Part shown: in pieces, positions 1-12,674 of the stretch | How the letters are laid out: every line of letters starts with the position of its first letter | Position numbering within the stretch: the stretch's first letter is position 1 | NCBI RefSeq assembly: GCF_000281045.1 | Contig: NW_008246077.1 | Coordinates: 296,693-328,858 of the forward strand | Origin: Saprolegnia diclina VS20 | Taxonomy: Eukaryota | Length of the DNA: 32,166 bases | Direction: 5' to 3' | Program-made: the position numbers and the translations under genes | Notes under the pieces: generated by a model | What the model was told of the DNA's origin: nothing | Databases searched by the model: none | The model's input: the letters and a program-made list of their open reading frames with translations, nothing else

Positions 1-3000
1 GACCTCGACCTCGACCTCGGGTGACGCGTTCGCGACTGGCACGACACAGCTGGTTGCATCGAAACCTTCGAAAGTCGACGGTGGCGTGCCTGGTTGATGT
101 ACGAGCGTGTGGAAGCCAGGCCCAATGACCGAGACGGACGCCAATGGGCTCGGCTCGACCTGGTTGCTTCGATCTTGGCGCTCAATCGGAATCGGGTCGA
201 GCCGAAAGAGGCGCAGCGGTGCCCCAACGTCGTAGCGTTGGGTGGACAACGCAGTCGTCAGTTGTGGTTTGACTGGCGGCGGGGACGCAGGTCGGCGCCA
301 TCGTGGCGGCGGTGCTGGTGCAACTTGCCGATCGACTTCAATGTCATGCAGTGCAGGCGGCGTGTTGACGCGATGAGGCGCGAGGGTCGGCGTCACCGGC
401 ATGCCTCGGCCAATGTAAAATGAGCCGAGGGCATGCGGCTCGCGGTCGTTCGTCAGATGCAATCCCAGCGACGCATCTACCGTTCGTGCATCCGAAGCGC
501 TCGAACGGCGGTCTTCTCGAAAGAGGTTTTGAAGCTCAACGGGCTGCGCGGCGACCATGTCTGTCATTGTGAGGTTCACGCGGCGTGAGTCATCGGTGGC
601 TTTCTGCTGGGACAGTGTGTTGCTGTGCGCCTGCAGCTGCGGCACGTAGTAGTTATGTTCCTGGCGGGGTTGATCCGCCGCACTGAGCTGGCTACGCAGG
701 TTGAGAACGCCCAAAGCACGGTGGCGTAGCAACTGCGTCAATTGAGACGTCAAGAATTTTGTTGTTGTTCAGTACCTGAAGCTGATGGCTGTGGTGGCTC
801 GACTGCTGAGCAACGTCGCGATTGAGGTCCGAATGCACCCACTTGGGCACGATGCCCCGCAGCATCTCGTACCCAATGCTCACAACCGCAGTGTCGGCGG
901 CGGTAGCGATGAGCCCGTACGGAAAGTCGCTATTTATTGCCCAAATCGTATGGCCTACGCAGCGCTTTGAAGTCAAACAAGAGGACTGCACCCTTACCCG
1001 TCGCCACTTGCGCAAGATCGACGTGAATTGTGATGGGTGGTGCGTCCTTTGCCTTTACCGTCGACCGCAACGGTGCCCGCGTAGAATCAACGTCCACAAC
1101 TGCCTGGAGGGTGCAAATGCCTCGTTTTAGGATGAACACGTGGTTCAGTTTGGCGTGTACTGGAAAGATCACTAGGGTGATAACACCTGAGCAATCGAGC
1201 GAAAACGAGTCGAGTCGTACCCGTGCCTTTGGTGTAGACGACCTCGGTCATGGCGTGGTACAAGTGGCCAATGCGGTCGAGGTCGAGGCGCGACGCCCAG
1301 CCGAGGGTCTGAAAAAAAGACACCTCACGACGCATCGCGGCCAACGTCGCGTCTTCCCAGAGTTCCGTAAACGTTTGCGCTGTAAACGAAATGAGCTGTG
1401 TCGTATCGTGTGCCATGGCCGAGAGGTTTCTAGCACATATTGTCTGCAGTTAAGACGACAACATGTTGCATACCGCGTCATTTGATTGGTGAGAATTTCA
1501 AATTCGCCAAACCCATGGCCCGGCCGAACGCGCTTGAGCGTGACGTGTTCGAGGGACGGAAGCGACGAAAACAAACTGACTTTGCCCGACACGACAACGT
1601 AGTAGCGCTTGGGTGCGTCACCGTGGGTGTAAACTAAGTGACATGCAATGCACAGCACAAGACAATATCAAGCACGTACTCCAATGACCCTTCTCAAACG
1701 TATCGTACTTGGCCGAGGCCACGATGTTGGACATGGTTTCGTCCGACATGCTCTGGAAAATGGTCATATTGGCGAGATGCTTGATGATGAGCTTGACACG
1801 CTGGCTCACGGCTTCCTCGACGAGATTCCAAAACCGGGGCTTCTTGGCAGCGTCGTGGCCTGTGATGCCCTCGGTGACCTTGAGGTTTGCGCGCACCCAG
1901 TGGGCTTTTGCCATGCTACGAGACGTGCCTCAACCGACGTATTGCCTCGCGATGCACTTACATGTGCTTGGGCTGCACCACGGACGGTACCAGACGCGCT
2001 GCCAAAGTGCACGCCGACGTGTACGCGGCTTTGGTAATCCGCAGGGCTCGAAGCGGCGTCTCAGCCACGACATTGTACAAGCTGCACCACATCAGACGAC
2101 GAACGATTTAGTTGAACGAACTGACCTCGTCGCGGGCGCCGCAAAGACGATTTCGCCGCCGTACACATCGCCCGCCTTGAACGTCCAGCAGATGTGCAGA
2201 GACGTTGCGGACGACAGGGACGACGCGCTCGCTCGACGGTTCGAGCCATCGGTCGCGTGCACTCCTTTCTCCGATAGTGGTGCCGTCATTACTACGGGCT
2301 CTTCGGGCACGATCGCATTCATGCGCAGGCGAGGTATGCGTTTCGAGAGCTTCATGATCGTCGGCAGCACCGACTTGGAGCGTTTTTCGTGACGTGGCGT
2401 CATGAGCGTCTTGCTTGTCGTTTTAAAGTTGCTCGTAATGTCTCGCATCGGGGCAACCGCAACGCTGGCGAGGGCTGTCGCCAGCGGCACGTCCATCGGA
2501 GACAAGATGTGCTTGGTGTGCATCTTGGAGGCGGTCGCGATGCCGTCGAGAAAGATGTACATCGCATTGAGACGATCTCCGATGCGGACAATCTTGTCCC
2601 CTGGTGCAAAGGCAACAACGTCGTGCGCTACCGCCGTGGGCGGCGGGAACCACAACGACGAGCACAGTGACGCCGTGTCGGACACATCGTCCGCAACGCT
2701 GGCTACCGCCGCTCGCAAGTGCCAGCACGCCTTTGTTGGCTCGCCCAGGCGCTGGAGAACACCCGTGACGTCCTGTGCTCGAAGGACGAAAAGCGTACTG
2801 GCCGAGTGCGCCAGAATCGTCATCGGAACGATGTAGTCGCCGTTACCATCGACCGCGCCGTGCGTCTGCAACACGTCGCCGCGCCGGAATGTGTGAATGC
2901 GTCGCCCGTACACAGCACCGATCGGGTGGTCGGTCTCCGCCGCTGGCATTGGCTCGAGTTGCGACGACGAGCGACACAGAGGGTGTCCCTCGAGTGCGTC

Positions 3001-5464
3001 CGAACATGCATCGACATGATCTCGACTGTACGCACCGAGCTGCCCTCGCAAGACGATGACAAAAATGGACTCGACCTCATCTCTCTCTTCGGCGCAAATG
3101 ATGTCGCCTTCGGCCACGTGCTGCAGCACCAAGTATGGTACCAATTCAAGGCGCACGTAGAGGGGTACGTGCGTGAGAAGACCGAGATTGTGTAGCAGCC
3201 GCGCCACGTTCTCCACGTCCTCCCGCGCGGCAAATCGACCAAGAGGACACTTTGCCAGAAGCGACGAGGCACAAAGCGGCAGCCGTGATGAGAGGCCATC
3301 AAGCCACAACGCGCATGCGCTGCGTGGAATCTTGAGCAGCACCGAGGACTCAGTGGTCGAGGCGATCTCCAAGCGGCGGTGGTGGCCTAGCGGTGCGTCG
3401 TGTCCAAAAAAATCACCGGGCAGTACCATTTGTGGTGGCCTCTCTGCGTGGTCGTGCAGGGATACGGCACCCGACACGAGAAAGAATGTGGCATCGACCT
3501 CACTTGCTTGGTTGTACACGTGCTTTTGCGCGGGGAAGGAGAGAACTGTCACGACTTCGACAAGCCGGTCCACGATCGCATCGGGAAGCTGCTGCAGCCC
3601 CGCTTGCGATATGCACCACCGGTGCAACGCAGCCAGATCCAACGGTCTGCGCTCCATCGGTGGAATGGACGCTACTTCGAGCACCGGTCGGTCACTGCAA
3701 TCCGTGTGCAGGACGAGGGCAAACTCGGCCCTGTCAATGAGCACGACGTCGGAGGATTCCATGGCTCGCAGCATGCTCACGAATGGCCGCTGCAGGAGCC
3801 AGTGGTGCAACGGGTCGTCGACGCGCTTGTTGGTGTCGTTCCAGAGGTGCCGATCGCCATACACTTGACCCGACGGAATCGTGCCCACGAGGCGGTAGCT
3901 GGCCAACGCGCTCACCTTGCGCTGCGTGCCGCTCGTGGTATCGTCTACAACAACCATGTTAGGTAACACAACGTGGTGAGAACCAACCTGCTGTATTATC
4001 AGCCACTTCGATGCAGTAGAGCCCCAGCTGCCCCGAGAGCACGACGATAATGTCGTGCCAGTCACCATCGAGCGCGACAACTACAACAAGCGTACCGTGA
4101 GCACTGTGTCACTCGCTAAGATTGTACGGGGCTCGTTGGGTGCAAACGTCTTAAGCTGGCAATGGTCAACGAGACGATCCTATATCGTTCCACGTCACTA
4201 GTGTATTGAAGCATAGAACCCACTTGGCTCGCAACACTCAGCTGAGAAAAGAGGGTGTACTGGGAGAGGTACGACCGCAGCTTGGCTCGGCCTGTCGAGT
4301 GAATATCCACGAGCGTCGTCTATGTGCCACTCGGGTCGAGTTAAAACGTGAAGTGACTGACGCACCGACTTTGCGTACAACATAATCGGCTTGGGGTTCG
4401 TATACACAATGGCGCGCTCGATTGTGTCCTACATGTACAGACAGACATTCGCCCTCTCGGCAGTGCTCGTACCTTGCGCACTGCAAGCACGAGACAGCTC
4501 TCTTGGGCTAGCTACCATTGGAATCCACTAAGCATATCACATAACGTAACATCGGTGACGGCGTACGAGGCTGTATTTTCGGTGCGTCACGGTCTGCTTG
4601 GACGTGACCTCTGTCAGCCCATACTCTCCTAGATATATGGGATTGTGCATGGTCCTTGGTTACAGCGCTGGTTCACCTCCTACACCAAAACATGAGTGCT
4701 AGTTCTTGCAAAAGGCACAGTACCAGCATAGTGAATCCCAACGCAGTCGCCAAAGTCCATGCGTTCGTGCGACTCGGCGTAGAGTCGAGCGAGCCATGCC
4801 GGAAACGTCTCTTGACGGTTTGTGCGCTGGGCAAACTCTGTGTTTTTGTACGCGCAAAGCGAGCCTTCGAGCTAGAGACACACCATACGTATCCCGATTC
4901 AACAAGAAATGCACGCACCACATAGTACAGCTGCGACTCGGGCGTGACAAGGTCGTCCTAAAGTGCCGTGTTGACGTCGCGACTTTGTAAAGAGAGCATC
5001 GTGCCTGGTAGTGGAGGACGTCGCTATCGTTGAGCATCTACACCATCTATGAAGATCCGTTTTCTCTGTCGCAAGTCAAGTACGAGGAGGGTGCACTCGT
5101 TGGCGACGTCTATGCCCACAAGGACATCAGTATGAAAAACTAGCTGATCGCGGCCGCGCACTGGGCGCTACGTACAAAGCAGTGCTTGGGACGACAGAGT
5201 AGCCATAATGTCTCTGAGCAAATGTGCAATCACTCGAACATCGCTGTCAAGACGGTCATGCATCCTACAGATTCGCCGTTTGTTTCATCCTCCAAAGCTC
5301 TCGGGGTGGACGTACGGGACTTGGAGCGCCCACGTGACAGCTTTGCTCTGGAGTTTGTCCATCTGGACCGCATTCGCATTGGGCTTTACAGGGCTTGACG
5401 GCAGCTTTGCGCTTCCGGCGTGCAGACGCATCGTCGTGCTTCGCTCCAAAGCCGGCGCGACCAT
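1..5464 (-). CDS. Large multi-exon protein with about 6-7 cyclic-nucleotide-binding (cNMP)-like domains; 3' end beyond the left edge
   Basis: ATG at 5464, exon 1 5316-5464 (MVAPALERSTT...WALQVP), then GT-AG exons read in frame through ORFs 2092-4080, 1618-1914 and 1248-1658. Repeated cNMP signatures: HVYNQASEVDATFFLVSGAV...LPGDFFG, GDKIVRIGDRLNAMYIFLDG...KAGDVYG, LVYTHGDAPKRYYVVVSGKV...PGHGFGEFEIL. A Pro-rich minus frame stays open from about 690 to position 1. Confidence 0.8.
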
Positions 5465-6932
5465 TCTCGTCGGCGCAATTTCAGCCCGTTTCGCACCGTT
5501 TTATGCTTAAAAAGGCGCCACGAAATCAAACAGCAAGTCAAGACGAGAGATCTTTCCCGGTAAAGAGCATCTCGACGATGCTACATGGCCGAGTATATTG
5601 GATGAGCTTCGATTCGGTAGAGGTGGTCAATGGCACTGAAATACAACATCCCTCCCCTGCGTACTGCCATTACATCTTGGACGAACTATTTCGTCTACCT
5701 CAGCTTACTATGCTGGAGCTATTTTGGCGTGGCTTGGCTCACCACAACCATCGTGCTGCCGCCACCCTCGCATTCAGAGCATTGCCATTCTCGCACCATC
5801 CGTGTGACACGCCGCGTCCGACGTCATCGGACGTCGCACACCTGGCGTCTTGTGTCTGGTTCTGTGTACAGTATTGTCCCGGAAGCGTCGTCCGGCCGGA
5901 TACTGCGTCCGAATACGTCTCTTCGAATTCGAGCCAAATATAATCGCTTGCATTCAAAGATCACTCTCCAATCTCAACCACAGCTTCAACAACAACGACC
6001 AGAATGACCAGCAAGCGTGCAGGTGCCATCTTTGTCAACCACGGCGCGGGGCCGTTGCCACTGCTCCGGCCTGTCTCGGACCCGGACCACGGATCGACGC
6101 GCCGCTTCATGGAGGTCGACACGCCAAAGCTCCTGGGGCTCGAGGATGCGGCGACGCGGCCCCGCGCCATCGTCGTCGTCTCGGCGCACTGGCAAGACGA
6201 CCGCATCCAGATCTCGTCTGGCGCGTCCCACGACCTTCTCTACGACTACTACAAGTACGCTTTGGTTGATTTCCGGTCGCGTGGTGACTCACTATGATTT
6301 GCGTGTAGCTTCCCGGACGAAGCGTACAAGGTCACGTACAAGGCCCCGGGGTCGCCTGAGATTGCGCAAAAGATCCACGCACTCCTAGCGCAGGCCAGTA
6401 TTCCATCCAACTTGGACCCGACGCGAGGCTGGGACCACGGCACGTTTGTGCCGATGAAGCTCATTCGCCCGCAACAAGACATCCCGATCGTCCAAGTGAG
6501 CGTCGTCGCGGGCTGGGACCCCGTGTTGCACTTCAAGATCGGCCAAGTGCTCTCGGTGCTTCGGAACGAGAACATTGCGATCATCGGCTCGGGCATGTCG
6601 TTCCACCCCAACTGGGGTACGCCCGTGACGCCCGAGACGGAAGACCATGCGCGCGCCTTCATCCGCGAACTCACGTCTGCGGTGCTGCAGCCATCGATTG
6701 TAGCTCGCGGCGACGCATTGGCCAAGTGGGACGCGCTGCCCTTTGCGCGCGAGTGCCACCAGAAAGACGAGCACCTGATTCCGGTACGGCACTTGCATCT
6801 TGGTTGTCGTTAGTGATTTTGGGGACTGATACGACGGCGCTTCTAGCTTATGGTCGTCGCGGGCGCGGGCGGTGAAGGGTCGGCACAGGCGTTTGACGTG
6901 CACAAGGGCATGTACGAGGCGTTTGCGTGGAC
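5278..6932 (+). repeat. Left arm of a ~1.65-kb inverted segmental duplication (partner 12682-14356)
   Basis: Reverse complement matches 12682-14356 nearly base for base, with scattered substitutions, an ~18-bp indel near 5650 and a 2-bp intron indel. Confidence 0.92.
5961..5974 (+). promoter_or_regulatory. Oomycete Inr+FPR-like core promoter of dioxygenase 1
   Basis: TCACTCTCCAATCT 30 nt upstream of ATG 6004, resembling the TCAYTYYNCAWTTT consensus. Confidence 0.55.
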
Positions 6933-6939
6933 CTCGTAA
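6004..6939 (+). CDS. ligB: LigB/DODA (YgiD-like) class III extradiol ring-cleavage dioxygenase, copy 1, 272 aa
   Basis: Exons 6004-6254, 6309-6783, 6847-6939 (819 nt). Motifs NHGAGP, SAHW, YDYYNFP, RGWDHG, IPIVQVS, GSGMSFH, EHLIPLMVVAGA. Confidence 0.92.
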
Positions 6940-7454
6940 AATAGCGATCGGCAACGACTTGATTACATCATTTGCATTTAATGAGATGACGCTGCGCTGG
7001 TGATATTCCGATACGAGAAATTCGATCTGTGAAGGCTGTCTCGAGTTAAAAGGTTTTAACTGGAGAAAAATACTGTCTGTGGAATTTGCTGTTTATTGGA
7101 AGGAACACCCATTAGATAATCAAGAGTACTTGTACTTCAACTTGCTCCATACTACCTTGTGTCTTGGGCTCGAGTGTCGCTCATATTATGAGCAGCGGTA
7201 CACAGTTAGTGCTTGTTGACCACAATGGCTTGTGTGGAGGCAATACACAAGAACCAGTGTCCGACCTGGCAGCCGTCTCTGTGCAGCAGCTGTTTAGCCA
7301 CGTGGTACCGCTAACTGTGGTACATGTGATGACCTTTTGCGTACATTATTCGGCCGGAAGTGAGTTCCCCGGATACAACTTCCGAGAGACATGCGCAGCG
7401 GACTTCGACGGACCAGTACCATCTGTTGCATGTGCTGGCCCATTACCGTCACGC

Positions 7455-7470
7455 TCACTTTTCAACGTTT
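7455..7470 (+). promoter_or_regulatory. Possible Inr(+FPR) core promoter of dioxygenase 2
   Basis: (GC)TCACTTTTCAACGTTT just upstream of ATG 7477; partial match to the consensus. Confidence 0.4.
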
Positions 7471-7476
7471 CCCGAG

Positions 7477-8407
7477 ATGACAACTCCCCCAACTGCACTC
7501 TCCTCGCGAGCTGCGGCCGTCTTCGCCAACCACGGTGCCGGTCCGTTGCCCGTGCTTTGCCCGGCAAAGGACCGTACGCAAGGCCCGACACGTCGCTTCC
7601 TCGAAACGACGGTTCCAAGCCTCCTTGGATTGAAGGATACAGCGACGCGCCCGAGGGCTATCGTCTTGGTGACGGCGCATTGGGAAGAGTCGTGTGTCAC
7701 CATCTCATCGGGAGCGTCCCCTGCTCTTCTGTATGACTACTACGGGTACGCCACACTCGCAAGTCCACACGGAACTTACCTTGTGCACGTAGATTTCCCC
7801 GCCAAGCCTACGAAATCTCGTACAAGGCGCCAGGGTCGCCAGCGATTGCCCAAAAGATCCACCAGCTCCTCTCCGAAGCCAACATTGAGTCGCGCCTCGA
7901 CCCGACGCGGGGCTGGGACCATGGCACGTTTGTGCCTATGAAGCTCATTCATCCGGACGAAGACATTCCGATTATCCAAGTGAGCGTCGTTGCCGGCTTG
8001 GATCCAGTCCACCACTTCAAGATTGGTCAAGTGCTCTCGGTGCTTCGCAATAAAAACATTGCGATCGTCGGGTCCGGCGCGACCTTCCACCCGAGCCGCA
8101 GCGTGGTCGATAGCAAGCGCCGCGCGCGTAAGTTCAATGCGGCGCTGACTGAAGCCGCCCTCGAAACGTCCGTGGCGGGCCGACGTGAGGCTCTAAAGCG
8201 CTGGGCAACACTGCCGCACGCACGCGACTGCCATCAACGCGAAGAGCACTTAATCCCGGTACGATTTACCACTTCTTTCGAGTGATTGGAAACTCACAAA
8301 TTTACGGTTCGTAGCTCATGGTAGTCGCGGGCGCCGGCGGAGTTGACAAAGGCAACGCGTTTGACGTGGATGACGGCGTCTACACTTCGTTTGCGTGGCG
8401 TGGATAG
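7477..8407 (+). CDS. ligB: LigB/DODA-type dioxygenase, diverged tandem paralogue 2, 275 aa
   Basis: Exons 7477-7745, 7793-8258, 8315-8407 (828 nt), same two intron positions as copy 1. Motifs NHGAGP, TAHW, YDYYGFP, DHG, GSGATFH, EEHLIPLMV. Confidence 0.92.
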
Positions 8408-8581
8408 AGTCGTCATGACTTCCTAGATCTACTAGTACTCGTCATTCAGTTTAAACTCAATTTGCACAACACCACTCCAACTGCTATGCCAACCAACTCG
8501 AGCGCGTTATGTGAAAATGCACGGTGAGCGCAAGATTCGTGCTGGTCACCAAGCTTACAAAGAGTTACATTTTGGTAAGTT

Positions 8582-11026
8582 CTACGCAGTCTGCATCCGA
8601 ACGACGTCCGACTCGGCCGACGGTGACGGGTCTGTACTTCGCTTTGCACGGCGGTTGACTTCGTCTTGGAACTGCCGCGCCGCGCGGTTGCGACGCATGC
8701 GCACCAGGAGGGCAGCCCCGGACCCGAGCACAGCCAAGCCGCACATGGCGCCCATGAGAACGACCGACGGCCCGTACGTCGTCGCTTCGAGGTCGTACTT
8801 TGTGCAGCGGGGGCCAGTCCAGTGGTCGGCGCACTTGCACCGACGCTTCTCACAGGAACCTGTGACGCTCGCGACCGTCGTGCAGTCGTCGTTCGAGTTA
8901 CAAGATGCGCCGCCCGCGACAATGATATCTGGGTTCTTTGGGTCCGTGTAGTTGGAGATGTGAGCTTTGATAAACTCCTTGGTTGGGTGCGATGCAGGGT
9001 CACAGCCATAGCTCATCGTCTTGGTGTCTTGCCTGCGATNNNNNNNNNNNNNNNNNNNNNNNNNNNNNNNNNNNNNNNNNNNNNNNNNNNNNNNNNNNNN
9101 NNNNNNNNNNNNNNNNNNNNNNNNNNNNNNNNNNNNNNNNNNNNNNNNNNNNNNNNNNNNNNNNNNNNNNNNNNNNNNNNNNNNNNNNNNNNNNNNNNNN
9201 NNNNNNNNNNNNNNNNNNNNNNNNNNNNNNNNNNNNNNNNNNNNNNNNNNNNNNNNNNNNNNNNNNNNNNNNNNNNNNNNNNNNNNNNNNNNNNNNNNNN
9301 NNNNNNNNNNNNNNNNNNNNNNNNNNNNNNNNNNNNNNNNNNNNNNNNNNNNNNNNNNNNNNNNNNNNNNNNNNNNNNNNNNNNNNNNNNNNNNNNNNNN
9401 NNNNNNNNNNNNNNNNNNNNNNNNNNNNNNNNNNNNNNNNNNNNNNNNNNNNNNNNNNNNNNNNNNNNNNNNNNNNNNNNNNNNNNNNNNNNNNNNNNNN
9501 NNNNNNNNNNNNNNNNNNNNNNNNNNNNNNNNNNNNNNNNNNNNNNNNNNNNNNNNNNNNNNNNNNNNNNNNNNNNNNNNNNNNNNNNNNNNNNNNNNNN
9601 NNNNNNNNNNNNNNNNNNNNNNNNNNNNNNNNNNNNNNNNNNNNNNNNNNNNNNNNNNNNNNNNNNNNNNNNNNNNNNNNNNNNNNNNNNNNNNNNNNNN
9701 NNNNNNNNNNNNNNNNNNNNNNNNNNNNNNNNNNNNNNNNNNNNNNNNNNNNNNNNNNNNNNNNNNNNNNNNNNNNNNNNNNNNNNNNNNNNNNNNNNNN
9801 NNNNNNNNNNNNNNNNNNNNNNNNNNNNNNNNNNNNNNNNNNNNNNNNNNNNNNNNNNNNNNNNNNNNNNNNNNNNNNNNNNNNNNNNNNNNNNNNNNNN
9901 NNNNNNNNNNNNNNNNNNNNNNNNNNNNNNNNNNNNNNNNNNNNNNNNNNNNNNNNNNNNTTCTTGTTGTAATAGCACGACGTGTGGTTGACGCCGTGCC
10001 GACCTACCGACGGCCATTGAGTTCTTGGAGTGACGTAGCAGCGCAGAATATGTCGAGCGTACCTTTGGCATCAACGTTCTTCTCTGACTCATACTTCATG
10101 AGGGCCGGGAAGAGACGGTACTCGTCGGGCATGCCCGGTGCAATCTGGAGCGACGACGAGATGTCGGTGCCACCGCCTTCGAGGATGTCGATCTCGGGCG
10201 ACCCGCGTCCCATGTGCGGGTGCAAGCCGTACCCAGGGTTGGGGTTACATGCTGAGATGCGCTGAGACGACTTGTATCGGTCGTCGCACTCGTTGTACGT
10301 CCACGGCCACATGCGGTTGGTCGAGGCTGCGAAGAGCGCGCGCCCGAGGTTGCCCATCATCCAGAGCCCCGGCCACGTCGGGTAGAAACGCCCGTCGGGA
10401 ATGCGGTCCATCGGCTGCACGGGCACGTCGCGGCTGATGCTGGCTTCCCAGCGCTTGCCTGTGATGTGCGGGTTCATGGACTTTTTGTCGATCGCGCCCG
10501 GCATCCGCGCCGCAATCTCGACAAACCCGCCTTGGATGCAAAACTTGTTCCAGGTTTGCACCATCGCCGCGCGGTAGTACTACTCGATTGTTTCATGCAA
10601 CGAGTAGACAATTTATGTCGACAATACCATGGTCTTGGTTGTCCACGACGGTTTCTCGGTCCAAACGTTGAAGAACGTAACGTTCGTCTCGGTCGAGTCA
10701 ATGCGGATCTGGAACGCGCCGTCGGTCGTAAGCGCGTTCTCGGGCGAGTAGATGCCCACGGCACGGTTGACGCCGTCGGGAATGTCCAATGCAACCCATA
10801 GATGGTCGTTACCGGCGGTGAAGTTGCGTCCAGCCAAGTTAAACTCGTCGCTCATGATCAAGTCCCAGGCCTCGCCACGCGAGCTCGTCAACGTGTGGTG
10901 CTCCGCCGGCGTATCGACATCGACCCACGTCTTGACGCCTGATTTGGTTGGCAGTGTGGGGTCGTTCTGATCGAGCGCGTGCGTCGTGTGGACGAGGGCC
11001 AGAGGCAAAAGCAGTAGCAGGCGCAT
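8582..11026 (-). CDS. KRE6/SKN1-like beta-glucan synthesis-associated GH16 protein (signal peptide, GH16, EGF-like, TM); middle lost in the gap
   Basis: Signal peptide MRLLLLLPLALVHTTHA; LIMSDEFN; intron 10580-10627; YRAAMVQTWNKFC; PTWPGLWMMGNLGRA; catalytic PEIDILEG. After the gap: GCDPASHPT, EGF-like CKCADHWTGPRC, TM VVLMGAMCGLAVLGSGAALLV, stop at 8582. Confidence 0.9.
9040..9960. other. Assembly gap (921 N)
   Basis: Run of N inside the SKN1-like gene. Confidence 1.
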
Positions 11027-12674
11027 TGCGGTCGACAAGCCAAATTCAAGTCTGGGAATGCGTTGCGAGGCCGCCGAGGCGTCAGATAGTTGTAAATTTA
11101 CCACCCCGCGACGTCACACGTGCACGGCCGCTAGTTTCGGGCATCGCATGGTTTATTCCATCGCAATTGTACAGTAGCCTGCCGTCGTCACAGAGTTTAA
11201 GTGTTTAATGTCGTGCTGTGCGGCGGCTAGACGAGACGCATGGGCATCAATCCTCAACAACACACTTTACCAAATATAGCTCGGCGTTTGACGTAGGGCG
11301 ATGGGCCGAGCTTGTTTGCACGTGAATGATAGCTGGAGCCGCCGTTTGAAAACAAGAAAGGCACTGGGCACTGCAAGGCTGACAGAAATTAGCCGGAAAA
11401 ACCGATCCTACGCTGTCGCACCCTGGTTTACGTGTAGTTAGTGCGATCTGGCCTTTGGGTGTCTTTTGCTCGTGCAAATACAAATGAGGGTTTGATGATG
11501 CGGCTGAAGACTCCGGAGGATTGGCGAAGGTGACATGTAAACTCAAACGTCACTTATCGACGGTCAGCGGCATTGTTTCAACGGCTAGTTATTAGAGAAA
11601 AACGCCGCTAGCGTTACCGGTACGATCGTACGGAATCCTTACAACCAGTTGAAGCACTGACTGTCAGTGTGTTTACTGTTCTCGTATCTGGCGGTGCCTT
11701 CACTTCATTCCAATACATCATCTACATTTCACTTTAGAAGTACAAGTGTGGTCAGTCAGGTGTCACTGTCAACACCAATTACGATTAGTGTACTGGTGCG
11801 ACGGTAGCCGAGTCTCGCCCGAGTTGCCCGTTCTTGGATACGATCGATACACTCGGTGCACAGTCCCGTCGTTGTCCACTTCAACAACAGTCCCGTCGTT
11901 CCTTTTTCGCCTCCAATTACGACTTCAAGGTTGGACACACGCGCAAGTGTCCAAGACGGTGTCACAGCATGGTGTGAAAGGATGGAAATGGGCCACATGG
12001 ATCAGTGGAAATACCATTTTCCACCGTGGCATGCCACAACGATGTTGCTAACGTAACGGGCAACGCAGCATGTGTGTCCGATGCATTCCAACCCAGTGTC
12101 CACAAAACTGCAGTTGAAAGTCCTTAGTCGGAGGTACATGTAATTGGAGTGCATCTGGCACGAAGCTTCGCAGGCTACGAGTACACTAATGCTCTGTGCA
12201 GTACGAGATCACGTCAGTTGCAAGTTGCAAAAGGTGTGCTGGTCATGAAAAAAATCACAGCCAATTCTCGTGTCAAAATGCATAGTACTACTCTGTTCCA
12301 TATTACTAGTCCGGTAGTACTAGTCTACTAGTATACCCGTACGTAGTCACACGACCTGATCGTTACTCATCAGGCACCTCTGCCCCGCGTTTGCTTTGCG
12401 ATACTAATCGGCTTCCAGACAACAAAAAGACGGTGCAAGCATTCGGTCTGCATTGCAACCTAACTGTCATCCACTTGGATTTGGCCAAAAGTTTTCGGAT
12501 TCACCCAAACTTTTTTCAGCTCCGCCTCGTGACCAAAGGACAAAGGACCCCTCGTGGCGAATGCTTTCATCAGCCCATCAAAAGAGAAGTGGATTTGCTA
12601 GTTTTCTCCCAAACTTGCCACGAAATCGAACGTTTCAAAGTTATACAAGGTTGACATTCAAGAAGATTACTTCT

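Noticed and set aside
8666..10265. Long ORFs of 329-441 aa
   Set aside because: Artefacts of translating the N gap.
11860..11900. 14-bp direct repeat ACAGTCCCGTCGTT x2
   Set aside because: Only two copies 13 bp apart; not CRISPR-like and no element between them.
12283..12346. Cluster of short palindromes (TAGTACTA, TACTAGT x3, GTATAC) as a possible Helitron or transposon end
   Set aside because: No GC-rich subterminal hairpin, matching 5' end or transposase, and not at the duplication breakpoint.
11030..12670. 1.6-kb intergenic stretch with short ORFs and a CACTGAC-T-GTCAGTG hairpin
   Set aside because: No recognisable protein motif, splice pattern or RNA family; cannot be supported without a search.
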